Positions 22,932 through 36,359 of a stretch of DNA of 64,000 nt are shown piece by piece. Numbering within the stretch: position 1 is the first letter of the stretch; each line of letters starts with the position of its first letter. The notes under the pieces were generated by a model, which was given only the letters and a program-made list of their open reading frames with translations, searched no databases and had not been told where the DNA came from. This DNA comes from Hyphochytrium catenoides (Eukaryota; Protista; Hyphochytriomycota): positions 67,032 through 131,031 of the forward strand of contig FLMG01004571.1 in the NCBI GenBank assembly GCA_900088475.1, in the 5' to 3' direction. Both the position numbers and the translations under genes were made by a program.

Positions 22932-25360
22932 ATGGCGCCCTATTCCCCTGCCGGAGCTTGCTCCTCCCGTGGCCCCATAAAGGCCGTAATCTGTGACTTG
23001 GACGGGACTCTGCTAGACACGGAGCAACTTTCGACTGACTCAACAAACATGATTCTCAGTCCACTGGGGAAAGAACTCCACTGGTAGAAGAGCCTTTCTT
23101 GCTTTCTCTCTCTCTCTCTCTCTCTCTCCTTCTTGGCGGCACGCTGCCTCTGACCAGGGTCCTTTTTCTTTTTCTTCATTTTCGCTTTCTTTCTTCTATC
23201 TCTCCCTTTACTTCGTACCCCTGTCTCTTTCTTTTTTCTCTCTCTCTCTCTCTTCCTTCTCTCTCCCTCTGTCTCCCTCTCTCTTTCTCTCTCTTTTTTT
23301 CCTTCTCTCTTCCGGTACTTCTCTATCCTTCTATTTTTTGCTTTAGCTGCTGTCACCCATAAATGTCTGGTCACTCTGCTACAGACAAGATTGTCCACAA
23401 TATCTCCGCGTTTGCCGTTGGTCCTGGCTGAGATGTCTGCTTGCTAGTTGTTCCCCTCTGGGCTGCTCTCTTACTCTCATTCTCTCCCTAAAAGCAAGAG
23501 TCCTCTAACTTTAAGTCTTCGGCGATCGGCGTTCTATCGTTCTAGGGAGTTGAAGAAGAAGATTCTAGGGATGCCTGGATTGGATTGGGCGGCAGTTGTC
23601 ATTGCTGGTTCCGTGCCCCCTCTTCTACTCTTCATATATATCTCTAACTCTCTCTTTCCATCTCTCTCTTCCTATTCTCCAGCTCTTCGCCTTCGATGCT
23701 CTTTCTCCATTCTCTACCATGCTTCTCTCTTCTCACATGAAAGCATCTGGTGTCCTCCCTGAGGTCGGCCACATTTCTGCTAGCCTTCCGACTCGACGAT
23801 GTTTCTGCTAAGCCTTCTGATTCGGCTCATGGATATCTCTCAAATGGACAAAGTTTCCTCCATCGTACGATCTCTTTTCCTCAGTCTAATATCTCCGCTC
23901 TCTCTCGTTTCTGTCCCGCTAATAGAGCTAGAGATTGAGGGCAAGATAACGCCAGCCGAGATGGTGGCACAATGGGAGGAGAACTTTAAGGCGCTTTATC
24001 CACATACTAAGAAGCTTCCTGGCGCCGACAGAGTTACAAAAGACATGCGAGAGAAGTGGAACCTTCCCATGGTCAGCGACAATGCTTCTCTCTGTCTCTC
24101 TCTCTCTCTCTCTCTGTCATCTCCCTTCTTATCTGTTCGTCTGCTTTGTCTCTTCTCTCTCTCTTTTCTCTACGACTGACTTGAAACGCTTTTGTTTTAT
24201 TCGTTGTCAACCCAACAAATACTTGCTCGAAGAAGGAAAGGAGACACTAAATCCACTCCCTCTAGTTTGTCTCAGTTTGTCTCTACAATTCTCTATGCGG
24301 CTCTCTCGCCTGCTTAGATTCCCTTTCACTTTCTCTCCTGATCGTTGATATCATCGTGATTCTCTCTTAGGCAATTGCTACGTCATCCAACTCGCACGCT
24401 GTGGAGCTTAAGAGAGCAGCTCATCCAGAGATGTTCGATCGCTTTAATGTAAGTAAAGTAAATGTCGTACCGTAGCCAGGACCAACCGCCCGGCCTTCCT
24501 TAGATTTTAGGTAAATGACTAGCAACGAGCTGAGATAAGCCAGAGGGTAGTTGGTATGCGGGGAAGTGGAGCCACATCCTTAGTGCAGCAGGATGTAAGA
24601 GCCATATTCAGGCATTGGGGACCTAATTAGTGGGGTTATGATAAAGATCGTGCTAAGGCTATTAACCGGGATCTATCGTGGATCCTTTGGCCTCTCCACC
24701 AGATTGTGATATGCGGGAACGATCCAGCTCTGAAGAATGGGAAGCCTGCGCCTGATATATTTTTGGCAGCAGCTCAGCGACTGGGTCTGTCCTGCCAGCC
24801 CTCGGAGGTGCTCGTGATCGAAGACTCAAGGTGGGGGGATGACAATGACTAGGAGTTAAGGGATAATAGGATAAGGCTTCGGGAATTACATCTGGGCTCT
24901 TACCACCCGTCCTTACCTTCCTCTGCACTGTCCGACCCAGAGGCAATGATGAGCAACCTAGTGGTGTGCTACGTCGCCCACTATGCTCTGCTATTTGTAG
25001 CTCTTTCTCTGTGCTGATTAGAATCCCCTGGTCGTAGTGTAGGCTCTATGGGCCCTGTCTCTTCCTAGCTACACCACAGCTAATCTATTGTCCCTTCTGG
25101 TCCCTCCTCTGATGGGTGATCTTCCAGTGCTGGAGTTGAGGCCGCAAAGAGGGCAGGAATGAAGGTCATTGTGGTGCCGGATCCTCGGTTGCCTCTAGAG
25201 CTTTTCCATGGTGCTGATCAGGTAAGGACAAGAACGACAGGACCAGATGACGTGTTAAACCCTTGTCGTATTATCTCTGACTTCGTTTTTGCTTTATTGT
25301 ACTTCTGATAAGGTGCTACACTCCTTGGAAGATTTTGTCGCAGAGGAATGGTTCAGGTGA
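22932..25360 (+). CDS. HAD-like phosphatase, HDHD1/PUDP (GS1)-like, copy 1, multi-exon
   Basis: Spliced motifs KAVICDLDGTLLDTE, PMAIATSS, GKPAPDIFLAAA, VIEDSSAGVEAAKRAGM and VLHSLEDF. Confidence 0.9.
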
Positions 25361-25675
25361 TGGGTAGCGAGCTTATTGAAGTCCAGAATGGCGGCACTCC
25401 CAAACCCACTTCCAGTGCTTGCCCCTTTCCTAACTGCTCTTTCAACTGCGAAATTTTGATCTTTCATCGCAGTGCTAATGTACTGGGCTCCGTAGCTTAG
25501 CGGTCGAGACCGCATTGGGCTTCCTTAGTTGGCGTGCCAATGTTACTGTCCAGCTATAAGGCATTGCACTACTATTGCACTCATGCTTCAACCACCCGCC
25601 GGCCGTAATGGAACCCGTTGCCTTCATGAACCGCGATCTTATCGAATATACTTGCTATCGCTCTATTCTGCTCCC

Positions 25676-28600
25676 TTAGGTAGACCCCGAGAGCATCGAA
25701 GAAACGAGTGAGAAGGGCAGTGAAGAAGATGAAGAGGAGGATTGAATATGATGTCGAAGCGCAGCTATCTCCGTGATGTTAGCGATGGCCAGCTCCTGGT
25801 AGGATTTGTGATTGTAAGGGTTGAAGCCTGTCTGTACTGCGTGTAATATAGAGGTGGAGCTAGGCGCCGATAAAGAGGAAGGGTATCCTTGAATCTGCGT
25901 GAGAAGGGGTAAGCATGAGCCATTGCCAACAGCAAAGGCAGAGACCCCAACAAAACGAACATTTACAGACAATGAGACGCAAGAGAGCCACACGATGAAC
26001 GATATGACCGACGCAAGCCGTAGCGACTGGGCGGGTGGCGATAGAGGAAGACATCGGGGAGCAAAGTCCTACCAGATACTCCTCCCACCAGTGAATCATA
26101 TCTGCGGTGTAACTGAAGTCGTCTGGGACCAAAGAGGAGAGGATTCCGCTGACGACCCCGCTATTCTGGAACAACTAGATGCCAAACGAGGGTCATTATC
26201 GGAAGTTATTATGCAGACCAGCGATACGCGCTGGTAGGAAGCAGAAGTCATAAAAGGTGCCATAGAAAAAGGTGACCTGATAAGAGTTGCTTAATGCCCA
26301 ATTATTAATGTGCAGGCCCGTGCCAGCAAGGACTGAGCTGCCGCGAAAGAGATGACGCACGCTACAAAGTCATACCTCAGAAGGGAGAAGTGTAGCATCA
26401 CTACCCTTTCCTGCTCTTTCGGTCCACTTGTTTAGATAGTCGGAAACGTTGAATATGAATATCTGCTCATCAGGAGTTAGCTTTGATTGAAGGGACTGGG
26501 CGTGAAGGGCCAGGTAATGGGTGGTCCTGGCGGTGGAAGAGGCGTCATTCCTCGGCTACAGAAGTCACAGCAATGCTCATGGAGGGAGCTCAAGTTAAGC
26601 GAGGGGGGAAGGAATCACTAAGGCGATCATCGGAGTTGCCCTTAGGATGGACCGTTTGCTTGAGGCTCACGTGTGACAATTAGAAAGTGGAGAGAGGGAA
26701 AAGCTTAAAGAGAAAGGAAGAGATATGATAAAAATAGTGTTATAATAAGCTTCCAGGCTTCCAGAGCAAAGAGAGAGATAAGAAAGAATAGGCCAGGGAC
26801 TAGGACGAACAGAGAGAGAAAGAAGTAGGGAACGGGTTAAGAGGGAGACACGTGTTTGTTTGCCTGATAGCTCCATTGATAAAGTCGGCTGCTGCTTCTT
26901 TATCCCACGAGTAAGGAGATAGAGAGCTGTATACGGGTAAATCAAAAGTCGGAAGAGCTCGAGCTAACCGCCTGGCCATTCGAAGAAGCTTCTTCTTTGT
27001 CAGCTGTTTGGGACTCAGCTCTATAATGTCGCTGAGGATAAACGGGACTCTACGTTGGGGGGAAGCAGCGGATGAATCAGACCGCGTCATTTCGTGGGAA
27101 CAGTATGAACCTTGTAACGGCAGTAAGGACTGATGGAGAAGAGTAGGGCCATCAACTTACTGCAACAGAAATAGAAGGATGGTATCGCCCCTCGGGCAAA
27201 GACAAAAAGGCCAACGAGGGACATCGTAGTGACATCGTCATTACCTTTCAATAGCCTCTACTGAAGGATCTCCGTCCTTCCATCTACCAGAAATATAGAG
27301 CTTCTTGTTCTTATTTGCCTCCACAAACTGGTGCATGCTTGACGGCAAGATCGCAGTAGTAGGAGATAGAGAGATTAGTGTAAAAAGTTAGAGAGACCAG
27401 GGAAGAGAGAGAGGGGCCAGAGAGAGAAGGTCAGTCTATGTACGCGGTCGCAATTGTTTGATGGATCAAGACCCCTTCCAAATCAACTTTGCTCCGGTGT
27501 CTACTTCTTCACCGCCACAGTATCTAGTCTTTCCTGCCTTGTGCGCTTAGAACGCATCTTGCTCTGTCCCTTCTCCCATGATGGCAGTCTACCTTTCACT
27601 CGCTCATTCCCTCTAGGACTTTCTTTCAAAGAACCATTCTCTGCACTTCTATATCTGTACTAGCTGTGAACTTGCTCCATCTTACCTGAAGCCGCCATGC
27701 TCGTAGGGATGATATTTATCTCCTGGCATTGTGAGCCCACGGGAGGAATAGTAGGGAAGATATTGTTGCCTTCTCCACCAAGGAAAGGTCATCAGGGCCA
27801 CGGAAAGAACCATCACATCCTCCCTGGTAAGCCATGCCATCACTTAGTCTGACAGGAAAGCGTTCTCTTCTTCCAAAGCAGGCAAAAAACCTACCGAAAG
27901 CTCTCACAGTTCTGCAAGTAGGTGACAGTGTTGTGCTGCAGGTCTCCATTAACGAGCAGGACAGCGTTCTGAGGAAGCGAGCCGAGAACCTGCTTTCCAA
28001 AGCGAAAGTAAAGCCTGAAGGAGAGCGTTAAAGAGAAGCAAAGAGAGAAGATACAAGAAGAAAGAGACGGACGAGGATAGCTAAGCAGAGTCTGTTGGAG
28101 CCAATAAAGACGCATCAGGGACATCATCTCGATAAGGGGTACTCGTGAACTGAACTTGTAGATGGAAGTAGACTGTGTCGAAGCATTTTGAGTCCCACAA
28201 GGAACCGGGAAAGCCAAAAAGCTAAGCATTATGCGCCAACCATTCGGTCGTAGGAGGTCACTGAGAAGGGAGGGGACACAATAGTAGAGCAGAGGTTGAG
28301 CTGACCAATCATTTTGGTGGTCCATCTCTTCAAAGCGCCGCGAGATCTGCAGAAGGATAAGGAGAGCCACGACAGGAGCCGCCCAAAGCCAAAGACGTAA
28401 CTGTCCGTGTGAAATCTAGCAAAGGACACACGGCGGATACCCGTAAGCTGGCGAAGTGAAAGGACAGGGTAAGCACTATCGGACCAAGGAAACGATAACA
28501 AAGAGGGAAGATACAAGATTGCTAACGTCTTCCCACCTTTGACAGGAACGACATGGAGCAGGCGAGTCCCGTCCCCAACCAGACAAAGCAGAGAAGGTGC

Positions 28601-31346
28601 GCCTGTTGCCACATCCTATGCGGGAGAAAATAAGAGGTGAGAGGTCCCGGGATAAGGCCCATTTCAGAAGAGCAGATATTAGGTAACGAGGGACCTGAGG
28701 CTGTTCCTTGCGGTTCCTAACAAAAGCCGTTGGGCGACAATAGCAAACTGACAGAAACATGGTCCCAGACAGAATGGCGTTATAAAGAATGGCGTTATAG
28801 AGGATGGTACGAAAGGAAAAGGCCAGCAACTCAATAGACATGCTGTAGATTAGAAAGGAAGCTCAGTGCGGTCCTGATACCTTGCCATGACGCCTATAAA
28901 TAGAGGCTTCAGAGGGAGATTTGAAAGATGGTTGATCAAGACGATGTATAGAATAAACCCTAGGGCCATCACCCTTCCGGTCTCTCCTCTGCTAGCGGAT
29001 GCGGTAAACCCTATCGCTGCGAGAGGGAGGCCTGTCGGGACAAAAATGGATCGACATACTTAACAAGCGGCTGTGAAAGAGAAGGAAGTGATCGAGCGCA
29101 CACAAGATTCTCCGGTAAGGACGGAAAAACCTCACAAGAGAGTAAGGAAAACAGGAAGGTGAAGACACGACAAGCAAAAGTTCACATTACCAAGGAGCTT
29201 ATAGAATAGCGAGAGAGAAGGGATGTCGTTAATCAGACGAGTATCAGTCATACACTAATGGCGCTACTGTTCCTTCCTCGTCTTACCGATCTGCATGGAA
29301 TGCTCACCAAACATCTTAAGAAAAAGGGAGATCTTCTGCACTACGAGATCTAATCCCCGTCCGCTTTCCCCAATTTCGTCAGCCGCTAGCTGGAAGGTTC
29401 CGTACTCCGAGCGGAAGAAGTGAAGCAAAAAGCCTTGGAGAGAAGACTGATCTCCCCAAGAGTGCTTCCTGCACCCCGGTGACGGAAAGAAAGAAGAGCA
29501 CAAGGTCAAAGTCTAACTTGGGAACCTAAGTGAGCAACATTAACGTTTTCGGAGCCAAAGTATTGAGAACGGCTTGCAGGGCCAGATACACCAAATCAAG
29601 GAGAGCAAGAGGTGAACATGAAGCGGGCAACCGAGAGGTGTAGCAACAACGCAGCAGATCCTTAAACGAGGAGCGTGAAAAGCTTACGGGGCGTCATAGC
29701 TCCTGATAACCAAGTAGAGATAACAACTGAGTCCCGCTAGAGCTGAGAACGAGAGGCACAAAAGAGGTACTGGAGACCAAAGGAATGCTCTTCCATGGCC
29801 TAACATGACAGCTCCCGCCACCACAATTACATAAAAGACTGAGATGTGTTGGTTACTGAGAGAAAGGCCACACGAAAGGGCGAGGAGACAGGCGTTATAT
29901 AATAGGGCTCTGTTGCTGTTTGACTCCTTCTCCAGCAACTGGTAGAACTTGTGCAAGAGCAGAAAGATTAAGAGCACAAAGAAGTTGTTTAGTGGGAACA
30001 CCTGCGAACAAGAAAACCCGAGGGTGAGCCTTTATAATGCTGTTCCTGAAGTTTAATGGGAAAATGCCAAGGGAAAAGAGGCACCTAGATGACTAGAAGT
30101 GTGAAAGTGGCCGCGTTATAACGATGAAATCCTTACTTCGGCTTGCAAGGCATAGGCCCAAACTTCAGGAGAGAAGCACCAAAGGCCGGCCGCCAAGATG
30201 CCGCCTAGAAGATCACCGATTGTTTCTTCGCTGCTAAGCACCCGACCGGAATGATTGGGCTGTTCAGTCCCTTGGGAACTTCTTGTCTCTCTTCTTTCTT
30301 TCTGGAGTTTTACAGTCAGGCGAAAGAGAAGTCCACTTGACAGGCTGGTGAGCATGGCGGAGAGGAGAGATATGCTCCAAGCCGGAGAGGAGGAGGGACT
30401 GAGAGCTCTTCCGAGCCGAAAGAATATATTAGAGAGCAGGGTCCAGAGAGGATAGCCCTATACAGCACAATGCGGGGTTGTTAAAGCTATATCAACCGGT
30501 AAGGCAGTGGCGATTGAGTCGAGGGTAAGGGACATCTGATGGAGGAGAGAGCCAAAAGCAAATGGGAATGAGAGGAAAGAATCTATCACTGCAAACCACA
30601 GAAGCGCTGAAGACACGCTACGGGCTGACAAAAGAGTGGCAGATGCAAGACTCTAAGGATTATGAAGGGATGAGCGATGAGCAAGCTTGTAGCCTGGGTG
30701 GCCAAAAGATTTAGGCGGAGCATGCAGTGATTAAAAGTGCCTCTCACCGGAGGATGAGCCATGCCTAGGCTGCAGGCCGCGCTAAGGAGTTCTGCGACCA
30801 ACATTCGAATGGGCGGAGGCCATGAGAGAGGTGGGTGGAGGGGATAGAGAGAAAGAGATAGCTAGGGAGAGCGCAAGACAGAGAGAAGTGATGAGAAATT
30901 GAGACGACCGGAGAAGGGTAGCAAAGAGTGGGACAGTCAAAGAAGCACAAAACAAGGGCGATGTGATGGAGCTGGATGCGACCCAAGGACATGCAAGAGA
31001 CGAGTCTGGAAAGAGGGAAGAGATATAGCGGGAAAGATAGGCACAAAGAAAACGGTGATCTGGGCTACAGAGGGAGAGACAAACGAATCCTCATACCTCC
31101 AGAATCTCCACCTGACACTGTAGGATACATCGTGCGCAAGTAAACACCCAGTGCAAGTGAAGGCAGCAGCCATGAGCCACATAGCCAAAGCCAGCGATGC
31201 AGCGTACCGTGGTCCATGTCCACTGCTGTGTCGGAGTTGTTTGTCTTCTTCCCTGACGCACTTGCTAGAGAAGGGGTGGCACACAGGGCTTGGCGGTTTG
31301 TTCCCGCCATGATGTTGCCGCCGGTGGGGAGCCTACGCTTGCCCAT
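25676..31346 (-). CDS. TMEM260: TMEM260/DUF2723 protein O-mannosyltransferase-like, multi-exon
   Basis: [86 protein letters not shown]. The segment at 27090-25676 (PYSWDKEA...IFIFNV) resembles the TMEM260 luminal C-terminal part and is assigned to the same gene. The 3' exon structure is tentative. Confidence 0.85.
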
Positions 31347-31465
31347 AATTGTACTCAGAGAAGACCTATATCACCCCTCACCGAGCTGCTCTATCTCCAA
31401 AATCCAAGTCTTCCTTTCTGTGAGGTCACTCTGGTCCCTATTCCTGCTGCTTTATCACAAAAACG

Positions 31466-32822
31466 AATGCTGCGGTGGCGGCGGCAACAACTGAAGGCCG
31501 GGCTATCGTTGTAACAATAATGCAAGGCGAGCAGCAGCTGCGTAAGACACGCAGAAGCCTGGCAAGCCAGGCTCGAAGATATAAGCAGCTTGGAACTCCT
31601 CGTCGCCGCGGACAGACTGAGGCGCGTCCATAGAAAAACTCTTGGAGCTGGAAGCCGAGAGAAAGTGAAGTTGAAGTCGAACTTCAGAAGAACAGATGAA
31701 GCATCTCTTCGCTAACCATCTTCATTCGTGATCCAAACAGGCAAAGGCCAGCTTATCCATGATAGGATGAGGAATAGTGGTGTATAAGCTGAATACTACT
31801 GCTGTAGCTCCTCCGCTTCTGTCCGACTTTTGGCATCACCATGCTCTTGTTGCTGCGGCGCTGTCCATGATGATGAAGACTGCCCATGTTGATGAAGCTC
31901 AAAGTGACCAAGCCGATTCTCAATACAAGCGCTAAAAACTCCGCTCTTTTCCTCTTGAAGAGCTCTTCCACTTGTTCCTTCACCCTTTGAATGCCAAGCA
32001 AGCCAAAGTCTCCCTTCGATCCACAGCTGTCGCGTCGCCGCTGCTGCCATCACACTCCTTCCCCGTCCTACGCAACCGCTGGCGGGCATGTTAGGTGTCA
32101 AGCGTATTTATCTCTGGGCAGGTGCTAGGACGGACCTCTTTCTGATCGTGGTGTAAGTTAGCTAGCTCTCATTCCTCTCAGCGTTACATAAGAACAGGCG
32201 TGGCGAACTCTAGCCCTTCATGGCAACACATCTCTTCGCCGTCAAAGGTAGAGTTTTCTCTCTTCGAAGTAATAATGATAAGGGAGAAAAAATGGAAGAC
32301 GAAGAAACACCTATCTGATAGTAGAAGTGAGGGACATAACCGACAAGGAGTCTTCGAGGCGAGCACTCAGCTCCTGCCTCAATCATCATCATAGAAGAAT
32401 CATGAGAGAGATTCTTCTTAGCGAACTTAACAAATGTAAGAGGAAGCGAAGAGAAAGAAAGGAATCGAGTTTATTCTGATAAGGCAGCAGGGAAGTGAAA
32501 GAATTGAGGACGCAGACGGAGAAAAAAAGGACGAGACGGATACGACCAGGGCACAGTGCACGCCATGTAGAGAGATGAGGTGTACCAGGACCTTCGGAAT
32601 CCTTCTAAAACAGCGGCTTCATCTGGGTTAAGGGACACTGATACAACCGAGAACAGATGATACCAGGAAATGCCCAACAATGCTTATAAACCGAATCAAG
32701 ACCTCCTCATGCTCTGCTGCAGGTTTCTCATGGAGTCTGCGCTCATTGACATGGGGATCGCCGTTCGTCTCTCTACAGATAAATATGCCGTTTCCCGCCT
32801 GCCTTTTGAAAAAATGGAGTAA
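31466..32822 (+). CDS. Putative spliced hypothetical protein
   Basis: Several short GT-AG-bounded open segments (AWRTLALHGNTSLRRQ; RIMREILLSELNK; EVYQDLRNPSKTAASSG; FLMESALIDMGIAVRLSTDKYAVSRLPFEKME*). No recognised homology; start unresolved. Confidence 0.35.
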
Positions 32823-32891
32823 CCTCTCCAGTTGGGAATGAAGGCTATATGCCAAAGCACCACATGAGCCCGGAGGAGAGTCTGTGGCGGC

Positions 32892-33656
32892 CTACGCTAC
32901 ATCCTGCGCAGCAATTCTCGACAGAATGGCATCCACCGCATTAGTAGACAGCTCTATCTCAGAGAGCTTGTAATCCTTCTTGATAGCCTTAAGGTCGGCC
33001 AGTGGTAAAATCTATAGCAAAGAGCTGCTGTTAGCTCTGCGAAAAAATGCTGGTCCTGGACCCAGCTTAGCCTTTCAAGACTTAGCTCACCTTGGCTACT
33101 TGATCGACGTCTACGGGCTGTCCTTGCACGCGCTTCAGTATGTCCGCTTGCGTAGAACGTAGAGACTCCCCAGAGTCTAAGACTCGCACCACAAGTAGAG
33201 TGTCTGTCTGGTCACTGATTCCAAACCGCCGAAAGGCATCAGCAATGTGATGATAGGGTGATAGACAGAACACTACTTCAGAATGTAGAGTGTTAGAGGA
33301 CATGACGCCTAGCTTTTGCTTGAATAGTGCCCGCGTCACTGCTGCGCTGAGGTGCGAGACATGAAGCACCTATATTGAGAAAGGAGCAGCGCAAGCGGAA
33401 AGTTAGTCTATTTACCCCTATCCGACGTCTTCCATCTCCAGGGCCTTTACCTTCTTCGCGTCAATGAGCGCATAGTCTGTTGATCTGCTGATCAAGTCCG
33501 CTCTCAGGTCCCTAGCATTATGGACGTCTTTGAATAACCAGACAAAGGCGTTCCTAAAGTTTAGCGCCTCGTAAGTGCACCAGCCGCAACAGAATGAAAG
33601 TAAGGTGTAGCTGTAACTCACACTTCGGGAAAAAGCTCCAAGGTAAGTCTTGACAT
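32892..33656 (-). CDS. CGI121: EKC/KEOPS complex subunit CGI121/TPRKB
   Basis: MSRLTLELFP...LFKDVHNA..L...YALIDAK...HL.AAV.RA...TLHSEVVFCLSP.HHIADAFRRFGISD...IKKDYKL...AILSRIA; four exons. Confidence 0.92.
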
Positions 33657-33869
33657 TTGTTGGTCCTTCTTAGACACAGCTTCCTCACTGCCGCCGTATA
33701 CAGACGCAGTGTGCTTGCTGCTCTTCCCTCAACACTGATCTGAGTATCCCAGCTATGAATTCGTCACGGCTCTCATCCAAGCTACGATGCTGCTTGTGAG
33801 ACGGAAAATTGTCTGAGAGGCGCGCCAGATCTCATCGCGAGCTGTGAAGCTTTGAAAGCTCTGAAATCC

Positions 33870-35641
33870 ATGGGCAACTGCGGAATTATCGCGACATTTC
33901 AAGGAGAGTCATGCCGCAAACACGAAAGCGTACCTTGAAAACAATGGAGCTTATATTGTGGTGTAAAGAGGAACCCCAATAATGCGCAAATTACCGGGTT
34001 TATCAGGGTGACCTTTACATCCGCCGCTGGTGGTTCAGTGAGAAGGGCTCGCCCGCGGTTTAGACCTATAGATATTCCGCACCGTATGTTACTTGCAGTT
34101 TCGGGAGGGGTGGAGGAGATTCTCTTTCTCATGCTTCCTCTCTTCTTCCGCACCCTCTGTCTGCCGTTCTCTCCTTTCTTCCCTGATTATCCCTATAGCT
34201 ATGTTGAATCCCACCCCATCTCTCTCTCACTCTGTCTGATCCAACCTTGCCCACTGTCTCTCACTCCGTTCTTCCCTCATGTCTGCCTGACCTCTGTCAC
34301 GCTCCTCTGTCTCCTTCCACAGACCAAAAAGCTCTGATGATACACGCAACAATCAATCAACATCGCCTTTCTTGCCTCGAACTGCACTCAGAAAATCCTC
34401 TTCAACTTGGTGATTGCGGACTAAAGAGAGACAGAGAGACACAATCGGACGACAGCTAGGAGGACAAAGGGCTGCTCTCAGAGAAAGAAGAGACAATAAG
34501 AAGCCAGACAGAAGTTAGGACTGGGCTCAGGACTATCACATAGCACTGCGGACGTCAAGCGGGGGATCTCATCTGTGAGACTAGTGTCAAACAACAGGCA
34601 GTTGGGGTTTGCCCAGGCCCACCGCACTTACCGAAGAGAAGCACGACCGGATGGTTCTTTTCGTCCTCTAAAGGATTGCACCTTAGCTAGGGCATTGCAT
34701 GGCTTTCTCCTTGCGAGGAGGATGAAAAAGTCTCTCTCTCGCTTCTAAGTCTTTGTACCGTTCTCTCCCTGCCACTCTCACTTGCTTCTCAGAGTCCCAC
34801 TCATCGGCGGAAGACATGGGCTTGAACTGCTCCTGCCCTACTCCGTACAGCTATCCACATAGGGGCTTGGAAGATGGGACCACTGAGTATCACTCGGCTA
34901 TATTTAGGGAGAATGTCCAGGCTTCTTCCACCCTCTCTCCCGCTACATCCCTCACCTCCAGCAGAAGTAGTGAGGGGACTACAAAGAGCAAGTCCACAAG
35001 TCCCTTGATAACAGCTACTGCCAAGGGACAGGGAGGAGAGAGAGAAAAAGACAGAGATAAGAAGAGCTCTTCTGGAGCATCAGCGACGGTTCCTTCAACC
35101 GAAGCTCGAGTGATTAGCCTTACTGAGTCGTTGGTAAGTTACAGCAGCTTATCCACAGAAGGAGAGAGATGAAGAGAGAGATTGTTTCCGCTGGAAAGAG
35201 AAGAGAACAAGAAAGAAGAGAAGTGATGAGACACTAAACTCCTTTTTTCACAGCCCCCAATTAGCAGTCAGGACGAACCCGAGTGTGTCATGTGCTTGGA
35301 CACTTTTGATGCGGTACGACACTCTTCCAGTGAAGCACTTACGTCGGAGCTTGGTTCTTAGGCTATCTATAGAGTTTCGTGATCTGGGTCACTCTTCTCT
35401 ATTGTGGTGTCTTCTGCAATCTTTCTCGATTAGGCTGGCTCTCTCTGCCTCATCAAAAAGCAAACCAACATCTGACGTGTCCAAATTCTTTCCTCCACAG
35501 GAGAACCCAGTGGTTCCCACTCTCTGTTCATGCGGTGTCAATCGCGCGCTCTTCCATCTCAGCTGCCTATACGAATGGCTGCAGTATAGCCCCAACTGCC
35601 CAGTCTGCAGACAAGTTCTATTTTTTGAAGAGGTGAACTAG
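33870..35641 (+). CDS. RING-finger E3 ligase-like protein with an MGNC N-terminus
   Basis: Spliced RING domain CVMCLDTFDAENPVVPTLCSCGVNRALFHLSCLYEWLQYSPNCPVC. ATG GGC AAC TGC at 33870; its linkage to the RING exons is inferred. Confidence 0.8.
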
Positions 35642-36359
35642 GGCACACATCGCAGACAGCGTCAAGATCTGAGTAAGAGCTATTCTTTGACAGTGCCGAT
35701 TGGAGAGCGGCAGAAGTCATGATACGCCCTACTGAGAAAGCGGAAGAAAGTCGCTCAGAAAGATCCAGTGTTTATTTATTCTGCTTGCAGGCAGTTGGTC
35801 TTAGGAACGTGCATGGAAGAGGAAGAAAGTGAGTCTTAGTGCTGGGATGGCAGAGAGAAAGTACAATTAGGGTCATGACTAAGAAAAGAACAAAACCAAG
35901 GGCTCCGGATTGCAAGACACAGACAAGAAGAAGGAAGAAGAGAATAGGAAAATTTCAGCAGAACTATGTTTTGCTTACCCTGTCTCACGGCTACAGATGA
36001 GGCAAGGGTGTGTACCAATATACTCGTTAAGATAAGCTGGATGCTCGTACTGTTCGAAGCAAGATCTATCTTGCAACAGGCACATGTCAAAAGAGACAAG
36101 GACTAGAGGAAACGCAAGGAATCCTTAAGGCGAAGAGAGAGAGAGAAACGAGAAAAAGCTCATACAGCTCCTCTCCAAGCTCAAACTCAAGCTAATACTT
36201 ATTTCAGGATATAAGGAATCGATCTATTACATCGTTAAGAGACTAGCGGCGGAGGTACAAGGAGAGAGAACGTGAAGGCGGGTTTACGCACCAAGAGAAC
36301 TGAGATAAAGAGGGAGAGTTCCAGTAAAAGGAGTCATGGGAAAGCGAGGAGAAGGAGGA

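Noticed and set aside
28771-28806. 15-bp tandem repeat (agaatggcgttata) of about 2.5 copies
   Set aside because: A short slippage duplication without spacers; not CRISPR-like.
33900-33912. Possible non-canonical GA-AG intron donor (caag|gagagt) in the RING gene
   Set aside because: It would fix the phase to the next exon, but a canonical route through a small exon near 34007-34029 also works, and all other introns checked are GT-AG. RNA-seq is needed.
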